This document shows, one piece after another, positions 57,530 through 64,000 of a stretch of DNA of 64,000 nucleotides (positions within the stretch are counted from its first letter, which is position 1; each line of letters opens with the position of its first letter). The notes under the pieces were generated by a model. That model did not search any database. It was not told the DNA's origin and saw only the letters and a list, made by a program, of their open reading frames with translations. The DNA is from a candidate division FCPU426 bacterium (GTDB lineage: Bacteria > Oederibacteriota > Muellerivitia > Muellerivitales > Muellerivitaceae): assembly GCA_963830915.1 (NCBI GenBank), contig CAWHOE010000053.1, positions 64,001-128,000 of the forward strand. Direction: 5' to 3'. Made by a program: the position numbers and the translations under genes.

Positions 57530-58717
57530 GTGAGCGACTTTGACGTGATCGTGCTGGGCGCCGGGGCCGCGGGGCTGATGTGCGCCTCGGAAGCCACGGG
57601 CCGGGGACGCAAGGTCCTGGTCTTGGAAAAAGGCTCCCGCCCCGCTCCCAAGATCCTGGTTTCAGGCGGGGGGCGTTGTAACTTCACCAACATCCACGCC
57701 AAGCCCAAGGATTATGTCACCACCAATCCCGCTTTCGTTCCCTACGCCCTTTCCAAATTCACCCCAAAGGATTTCCTCGCCCTCGTCAAGGCCAAGGCCA
57801 TCCCCTATCACGAGAAGAAGGACGGCCAGCTTTTCTGTGACAAAAGCGCCAAGAATATCCTGGATATGATGGTCGAGCGCGCCGAGGAAAAAGGCGCCCA
57901 GATCCTGAAGGGCCAAGATACCCAGGAAGTTTCCCAAGCCGAAGGTGTCTTTACGGTCAAGACCCAGGACGCGACCTATTCGGCTCCCCGCTTGGTCGTG
58001 GCCACCGGCGGGCTTTCCTGGCCCCAACTGGGCGCCAGCGACTTGGGATATAAATTGGCCCAACAATTCGGGCTGAAAGTCATCGAACCGGCCCCAGCCC
58101 TGGTCGGCTTGACCTTTCCAGCCGATATCCTTCCCCGCTTCGAGGGACTGTCCGGCATCCACCTTCAGGTGGGTGTTTCCTGCGGCAAATGGAACATGGT
58201 GGAAGATCTGATGATCACCCATGAGGGTCTAAGCGGCCCCGTTATCCTGAACGCTTCCCTCGTCTGGCAGCCGGGACAGGAGATCGTGGTGAATTGGCTC
58301 CCCGACGGTACGGTGGAAACAACCCTGGAACGGTTGAAGAAGGACAAGGCCAAAGGGGGCCGGGGTGAATTCCGCGACTGGTTATCCGAACAGATCCCTC
58401 GCCGCTTGGCCGACCGACTCGCCTATCACGCGGGCGCGCGAGGTTCCTGGCCCCAGCTTTCGGAAGAAAACCTCAAGCTACTGGCCGAGCATCTCCACGC
58501 TTATCGTTTCATCCCAGCGGATACCTTCGGCTATAAGCGGGCGGAAGTCACCAAGGGCGGGGTGGACACGCGCGAACTTTCCCGCGACACCATGGAATGC
58601 CGAAAGATCCCTGGACTTTATTTCATCGGCGAGGTCATGGACGTGACAGGCAAACTGGGCGGATACAATTTCCAGTGGGCATGGGCCACTGGTTGGACCG
58701 CCGGCCAATCGGTTTAA
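57530..58717 (+). CDS. HI0933/BaiN/YhiN family NAD(P)/FAD-dependent oxidoreductase
   Basis: GAGAAGL, KILVSGGGRCNFTN, ATGGLSWPQLGA, THEGLSGP, GGYNFQWAW.TG. Confidence 0.95.
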   Translation: MSDFDVIVLGAGAAGLMCASEATGRGRKVLVLEKGSRPAPKILVSGGGRCNFTNIHAKPKDYVTTNPAFVPYALSKFTPKDFLALVKAKAIPYHEKKDGQLFCDKSAKNILDMMVERAEEKGAQILKGQDTQEVSQAEGVFTVKTQDATYSAPRLVVATGGLSWPQLGASDLGYKLAQQFGLKVIEPAPALVGLTFPADILPRFEGLSGIHLQVGVSCGKWNMVEDLMITHEGLSGPVILNASLVWQPGQEIVVNWLPDGTVETTLERLKKDKAKGGRGEFRDWLSEQIPRRLADRLAYHAGARGSWPQLSEENLKLLAEHLHAYRFIPADTFGYKRAEVTKGGVDTRELSRDTMECRKIPGLYFIGEVMDVTGKLGGYNFQWAWATGWTAGQSV

Positions 58718-58900
58718 ATCACACTTTCTAACTTTCAAAAGCATAAAAACCTCATATTCCCTTGTTTTAAATAACATTCTTCGACTTTTTCGTGATTCTC
58801 TGGCTATTCCACGGGATTCCTCTATATTGAACGCTTCCTTTCGGGGCTACCAAAGACCGACAGGAAGCTTCTAAATCGATAAAAGTTGAGGTTTCATACA

Positions 58901-59101
58901 ATGGTTCAAGGTACAGTTAAGTGGTTCAAGAACGAGAAGGGTTTTGGTTTCATTTCCCAGGACGGTGGTGAGGATGTATTCGTGCACCACTCGGCCATTC
59001 AAGGCGAGGGTTACAAATCGCTAAACGAGGGGGACCGCGTTGAATTCGAGGTCACCCAAGGGGACAAAGGCCTCAAGGCCGAGAAAGTCGTCAAGATCTA
59101 A
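58901..59101 (+). CDS. cspA: Cold-shock protein
   Basis: GTVKWF...KGFGFI (RNP1), DVFVHHSAI (RNP2), GYKSL.EG..VEF. Confidence 0.95.
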   Translation: MVQGTVKWFKNEKGFGFISQDGGEDVFVHHSAIQGEGYKSLNEGDRVEFEVTQGDKGLKAEKVVKI

Positions 59102-59120
59102 CGGTCTTTTCGAAAACCCT

Positions 59121-59157
59121 AAAGCCCCGCGGCGCAAGCCGAGGGGCTTTTTTTTTG
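59121..59157 (+). terminator. Intrinsic terminator of the cold-shock gene
   Basis: AAAGCCCCGCGGC-GCAA-GCCGAGGGGCTTT followed by a T run. Confidence 0.88.
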
Positions 59158-59255
59158 GCTTGATCACCAGCGCCGGATCAGGCGGCCTTCTGCTAAGATG
59201 TCCCACATCCTATTCCACACCCAGACCGTTCGATCCAAGAAAGAGGTTACGTCCC

Positions 59256-59645
59256 ATGTCACCAGAACCGAAATGTCCTTTTTGCAAGCCAGCCGCCGCC
59301 GATATCCTGCTCCAGAACAGCATGGCCTATGTCCGGGAGGATAAGCACCCCGTCACCGAGGGTCACCTGCTCATCATCCCCATGCGCCACTTCGCCAGTT
59401 ATTTCGAGACCACCATCGAGGAAAAAGGAAAGCTCTGGTCCCTGGTGGAGCACGCCAAAAAACTCCTGGATAATAAATATAAGATCGACGGGTTCAACAT
59501 CGGCATCAACGACGGCGCCGCCGCCGGCCAAACCATCAACCACCTGCATATCCATTTGATCCCCCGCCGTAAAGGGGACGTGGAGAACCCCAGGGGCGGA
59601 GTGCGCCATGTCATCCCGGGCAAGGGCGATTACGAAAAGTCTTGA
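59256..59645 (+). CDS. HIT family hydrolase
   Basis: CPFC, PV..GH.LIIP.RH, NDG.AAGQT, HLHIH triad, NPRGGVR. Confidence 0.93.
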   Translation: MSPEPKCPFCKPAAADILLQNSMAYVREDKHPVTEGHLLIIPMRHFASYFETTIEEKGKLWSLVEHAKKLLDNKYKIDGFNIGINDGAAAGQTINHLHIHLIPRRKGDVENPRGGVRHVIPGKGDYEKS

Positions 59646-59841
59646 TCCTCATTATTAATTAAAGGTCATCAAGAATCGGGTCTGATTTTTTCCTTCCGAG
59701 CGGACGGTTCCCCGTTTAACTTAAGCGTTATTTTTTCCGATAATTTTCAGCGGGGCTCTGTTCTTTTCGGCCCTTCTCCTATACTTTCCGCGTCTGGCGC
59801 CCTGTAACTTTCGACCAGGCGATCCCAATATAGGAGCGTTC

Positions 59842-60867
59842 ATGTACCTCTCGAAACTTCCCCATTCCGCTGTACTGGTAATTTTGTTCGCATTAACTTC
59901 CCTGCCTATCGCTTGTGGGAACAACAACTCCCCCTCCGCTCCAGCGCCCGTCACGGTCATCGTCAATCCCACCCCGGTCATGGGGTCCGGCACCGGCCAG
60001 AATTGGTACGAAACTTCGACAGCCGCCCCATGGTCGGCCCGTCAGGGAACCCTCAGCTTGACCTTTAATAACTATATGTGGGTGATCAGCGGTTGGGCCA
60101 ACGCCGGGGTCACCAATGACGCCTGGTATTCCTCCAACGGAGTCACCTGGACCCAGGCTCCCCAGACCTCACCCTACACAGCCAGGGCCTTTTTCTCCGG
60201 AGCGGTCTTCAATAACGCCATGTGGATCATGGGTGGAAGCTTGCCCGCCATCAATAACGATGTTTGGCATTCCGCCGACGGCTCGAATTGGACCCAGGCG
60301 GTCGCAAGCGGGTCGGCCACCTTTTCCCCCCGAGGAAACCAGACCACCGTGGCATACAACGGGAAACTTTGGGTGATCGGGGGCTACACCACGATGCCTC
60401 TCACGGATGTCTATTCCTCCACCGATGGGGCCAATTGGACCCAGGTCACGGCCGCCGCTGATTTTCCGGCCAGATATGAACATAGCTCATTGGTGTTCAA
60501 TAACGCCATGTGGGTCATCGGCGGGATCGGGATCAGCTCCGGCTTGAACGACGTCTGGAAATCCACCGACGGGGCCCATTGGACCGAGGTCACGGCTTCC
60601 GCCGAATTCTCTCCCCGCTTCGGTCATCAAACCCTGGTCTATGACGGAGCCATGTGGGTCATCGGGGGTGTGGGATCCGCGGTCTTCAATGATGCCTGGT
60701 ATTCCTATGATGGGAACATCTGGACCCAAGCCACCACTTCCACCGGGGTTGACTTTACGGCCCGTAAGTTTTTTGCCGCCACGGTCTATAACAACCACAT
60801 GTGGGTCCTGGGTGGGTACATCCAATTACCGCCCACTTTCTACAACGATGTCTGGTATTCGCCCTGA
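59842..60867 (+). CDS. Kelch-like beta-propeller lipoprotein
   Basis: Lipobox PIA-C; six repeats of F..R......FNN.MWV.GG.....NDVW.S.DG..WT. Confidence 0.87.
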   Translation: MYLSKLPHSAVLVILFALTSLPIACGNNNSPSAPAPVTVIVNPTPVMGSGTGQNWYETSTAAPWSARQGTLSLTFNNYMWVISGWANAGVTNDAWYSSNGVTWTQAPQTSPYTARAFFSGAVFNNAMWIMGGSLPAINNDVWHSADGSNWTQAVASGSATFSPRGNQTTVAYNGKLWVIGGYTTMPLTDVYSSTDGANWTQVTAAADFPARYEHSSLVFNNAMWVIGGIGISSGLNDVWKSTDGAHWTEVTASAEFSPRFGHQTLVYDGAMWVIGGVGSAVFNDAWYSYDGNIWTQATTSTGVDFTARKFFAATVYNNHMWVLGGYIQLPPTFYNDVWYSP

Positions 60868-60869
60868 CT

Positions 60870-61472
60870 TCAGGATGGATCTGCGGGAGGATTGACTGTT
60901 CCTACCAACAATTGCTCGACTTCCTTATCCTTCAAGAACCGCCATTGGCCCGGCTCCAGATCCAGGGCAATGGGGCCGAAATGGGTTCGTTTGAGGTCCA
61001 GTACCTTCAATGGCTTTTGGCGCTCTTTGTCCCGTAAGGCGGCGAAGAGCCTCCGCACCTGCCGGTTTTTCCCCTCGTCCAGCACGACCCTGGCATAGGA
61101 CCGGTTGCCGTCCTCCCCAAGTATCTCGATGGCCTTGGCCTTGAGGACCCCGATGGGCGTCAGAACCCCTTCCCTGATCTTTTCCAGATGTTCCGGTTCC
61201 ACCGGCCCCCTCACCCAGACTTCATAAACCTTCTCCAAACTGCCGGGTTTTTGCAGTTTGAATACCAGGCGGCCCTCCTTCACGAAAAGGATCAGGCCAC
61301 TGGTGGCCTTATCCAGACGCCCGACCGGGACCCAGCCTTCACTGTGGAATTCCGGCGGCAGGAGTTCATAGACCGTTTTCTGACCCTGATAGGCCTGCTG
61401 GCCTGCCACTTTAGGCCTGGTTACTTCAAATCCTATGGGTTTATGAAGAGCGATGATCCGGTTGGAAAACAT
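60870..61472 (-). CDS. RsuA/RluE family pseudouridine synthase (no S4 domain)
   Basis: HKPIG, PVGRLD..TSGL, EK.Y.V.V, EGKNRQVRR. Confidence 0.9.
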   Translation of the reverse strand: MFSNRIIALHKPIGFEVTRPKVAGQQAYQGQKTVYELLPPEFHSEGWVPVGRLDKATSGLILFVKEGRLVFKLQKPGSLEKVYEVWVRGPVEPEHLEKIREGVLTPIGVLKAKAIEILGEDGNRSYARVVLDEGKNRQVRRLFAALRDKERQKPLKVLDLKRTHFGPIALDLEPGQWRFLKDKEVEQLLVGTVNPPADPS

Positions 61473-61570
61473 GGTTCCATTCTTACAGTTCGATGAGCGA
61501 CACTTTTTGCCCTTCCCACACGCCAATACTATGATTGGGAAGTCGATTTAGCTTATACTGGATTTTCAAC

Positions 61571-62914
61571 ATGAAACAGACAACCCTGATACTTTTTATC
61601 CTTTTTCTTTGTCAAAGCCCATTGGCTTTGGCCCAGGGGAGGCGTGGGTCCGATAATAATAAACCCGTACCTACCCAGCCTCCCGCCTTTCAGGCTCCTG
61701 GAGCCTCCCAAGTCGTGGAAACCCCCACACCCGAACCTCAATCCGCCATTGTTCCACCTGGCAGGGTAAATCCGACTCCTGTACCACCTCCAGCTCGTAT
61801 CATCCTGAACCGCCCTTCCAGGGTGAACCAGTACCAATCCCTCCCGGTCTTCCAACCAAGCCAAGCGGATCAGTCGAATTACATTAATAATGACAGCACC
61901 GAACCCCATTACTGGAACGGACCCGCCCTTCCTGAGCCGGTCATCTCTCAGGCTCCTCCACTCGCTTCTTACGACGCTTCCTCCATCCCCAATAGCGCGG
62001 CCCCTACCCCGACCGTGGCCGTATCGGATCAAACCGCCTCGACCACGAGCAATGTAGTCCATCACCATCACCCCTTCACCCCAGGCTATGTCCGCAAGAG
62101 GCTCCAAAAGCTGGGAGTCACCAGTCTGCCAAACTACATCACGGATCGGATACGCATCCTGGATACCAACAAGTTGCAATCCAGTGTCCCTTCCCCTCGC
62201 TTGGGCCCGGACAAGAAACCCCTGACCGCTTCCCTTGTACCCGAATACCGCTACAGCGATCCCATCGTAAAGGACCAATTGGCCATCCTCCACAACCGCG
62301 CTTTCGCCGTGAAGGCGGATAAAGCCAATAAGATCGAAAAGATTAAGAACCATTTTTACTGGCACAAGGAGAAAGGCTTCAACTACTGCCATTACATCGA
62401 CCCCCAAGGGTTCCACTGGTACGGCTGGTACGTGAAGGACAACTGCTTCTGGACCTGTTATTTCGGAGGCCATTGGTGGTTCTTCGATACCGACCATTCC
62501 CGCTGGTGCTTCTACGAGAACGGCTGGTGGTGGCAGGACCCTTACCACGTGGGAGACCTTTATTACTTCAACAACGGAGAATATATACCCTGTGATTCCG
62601 CCAAGGACGCGGTGGTCATGACCGTCCAGACCAATAACCAGAAGGTGGTGACCAGCCCGGATGGGTCCCGTACTGTGAGGATCATCGGGGACGGCCGGGA
62701 CGCCTTCCTTTATGACAATTCCGCCTCGCCCTCTTTCAGCCCGCTTTATTTGGCTTCCAAGGTAACCGCCGTGAAATTCTCCAATACTGATAACGGCCAG
62801 CCCCTTCGGATCATGCTGACGATGGACAACGGCGCTTCCGATCTGTACGACAGCGAGGGAACACCCCTGGATAATTTCGTGGCAAACGCCCAACCGGCCG
62901 AAACCGCCAAATAA
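61571..62914 (+). CDS. Secreted hypothetical protein with Pro-rich N-region and Trp/Tyr-rich domain
   Basis: Signal peptide MKQTTLILFILFLCQSPLALAQ; 447-aa ORF. Confidence 0.7.
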   Translation: MKQTTLILFILFLCQSPLALAQGRRGSDNNKPVPTQPPAFQAPGASQVVETPTPEPQSAIVPPGRVNPTPVPPPARIILNRPSRVNQYQSLPVFQPSQADQSNYINNDSTEPHYWNGPALPEPVISQAPPLASYDASSIPNSAAPTPTVAVSDQTASTTSNVVHHHHPFTPGYVRKRLQKLGVTSLPNYITDRIRILDTNKLQSSVPSPRLGPDKKPLTASLVPEYRYSDPIVKDQLAILHNRAFAVKADKANKIEKIKNHFYWHKEKGFNYCHYIDPQGFHWYGWYVKDNCFWTCYFGGHWWFFDTDHSRWCFYENGWWWQDPYHVGDLYYFNNGEYIPCDSAKDAVVMTVQTNNQKVVTSPDGSRTVRIIGDGRDAFLYDNSASPSFSPLYLASKVTAVKFSNTDNGQPLRIMLTMDNGASDLYDSEGTPLDNFVANAQPAETAK

Positions 62915-62917
62915 TTC

Positions 62918-64000
62918 ATGGGCAAACGCTCCAAGTTCATAATTCCCCTTTTACTTCTACTGGGCCTGCGCCTGGCTTTCGGCCTTTGGGCCCCTCCCGT
63001 CCAGCCGGTCACCGATGAGATCCAGACATTCCTATTGGGCCTGAAGTTCTATACGACAGGCGCCTGGCCCTATTACGGCAATGATGTCATCACCCCCCCG
63101 GATAACCTGGTGCTCCAAACCCAGGACCCTGGCCCTCTGGAAGGCCTGCTGGTGGGTGGTCCGATGGTTCTTTGGCACTCACCGATGGCTTCTTTCTTAT
63201 TCCTCAACCTGTTCACCCTGACTGGCTTCACATTCCTGGCCTGGTATTCCCACAAACGACTTCCCCGCTTTTCTCTCTGGTTCATCCTCGCCTGGGCCCT
63301 GACCGCGCCCTGGTCCATCCACTATTCCACTGGCATGATCAATATGTCCTACACCATCGGGTTGGCCTGTTTCTTTTTCCCCGCCTTACTGGAATCCATC
63401 CCATCCTTGAATGTGGGTTGCTTCTCCCGTCCCTGGGCCAATGCCTTGATGGGATTGACCCTGGCCGGATGGATGCAGTTGCACCGGACCTTCGTTCTGG
63501 TCCTGCCCATGGTCCTGGTATCGTTTTATTTTCAATGGAAAGAAACCCGCAAGGCCGATGGGCCCTTATATTTCCTGGCGGGAGGACTGCCCCTCTGGGC
63601 TTTGGTCGTTCCAACCCTCTTGAGGTCCGACTACCATTTATTCAGGGATGTGGCTGGTTTTTCGGCTGGTTTTAATTTCCAGCATGCTCGGTCCTTCTTT
63701 ACGATTCTCGTTCAATTCTTCGCCTTGGGAAGTTTCGAGATGCCCCGCTTCATCGGCATGCACACGGCGGAAAGGGCCCAGTACTTAGCGAGCGATCTTT
63801 TCCTGATGCCGGGATTCTTCCTCTGGTACTTCGGATTCCTACAGGTGCTAATTTTGGTTGGTTATCTATTCGTCTCCAAAGACTCCCGGGCCGATTGGCG
63901 GCCTGTTCGGCTTTTGACCATCCTGGCCTTCTTGACGGTATTCGGCACCCTGCTTTTTACCGTGAAGAATCCGGACGTTAACACCTTCTGTGAGATGCTC
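62918..64000 (+). CDS. Polytopic membrane protein, possibly GT-C (ArnT/PMT-like) glycosyltransferase; truncated by window end
   Basis: Not in the ORF track (no stop inside the window). MGKRSKFIIPLLLLLGLRLAFG...TDEIQTF...WPYYG: DE motif after TM1 and many TM segments. Confidence 0.6.
   Translation, partial: MGKRSKFIIPLLLLLGLRLAFGLWAPPVQPVTDEIQTFLLGLKFYTTGAWPYYGNDVITPPDNLVLQTQDPGPLEGLLVGGPMVLWHSPMASFLFLNLFTLTGFTFLAWYSHKRLPRFSLWFILAWALTAPWSIHYSTGMINMSYTIGLACFFFPALLESIPSLNVGCFSRPWANALMGLTLAGWMQLHRTFVLVLPMVLVSFYFQWKETRKADGPLYFLAGGLPLWALVVPTLLRSDYHLFRDVAGFSAGFNFQHARSFFTILVQFFALGSFEMPRFIGMHTAERAQYLASDLFLMPGFFLWYFGFLQVLILVGYLFVSKDSRADWRPVRLLTILAFLTVFGTLLFTVKNPDVNTFCEML

Noticed and set aside
61553..62893. 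Long antisense ORFs (446 aa here; also 39060-40073 and 30844-31536)
   Set aside because: They fully overlap better-supported genes on the other strand and carry no recognisable motifs.

Overview
Gene-dense chromosomal window from a diderm (outer-membrane) bacterium of moderately high GC. No rRNA, tRNA, CRISPR-Cas, prophage or transposase is visible. Main content: four secreted proteins with long Thr/Pro/Ser-rich linkers and a shared C-terminal YPNP...G(I/L)YY...K domain resembling a T9SS type-A sorting domain. This architecture suggests an FCPU426-like or FCB-related candidate lineage (inference only). Also present are LRR and Kelch lipoproteins, two PilT-family ATPases, a Ni/Co ECF transporter operon, an acyl-CoA dehydrogenase/ETF/ETF-QO operon, nadB, a GH36 alpha-galactosidase, an OprB/MnoP-like porin, three paralogous GT-A-like proteins and several signalling genes. 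Most notable: (1) a small His4/CxxC/RAPP upstream ORF leading a TonB-dependent receptor-exbB-exbD-tonB operon, a probable metal-sensing ribosome-stalling regulator; (2) a non-coding array of 13 CCATCGGAA boxes phased at 21-23 bp next to a mosaic of GC-rich palindromes; (3) a dispersed family of RCCAC-initiated inverted repeats; (4) several apparently leaderless genes; (5) two single-base frameshifts.
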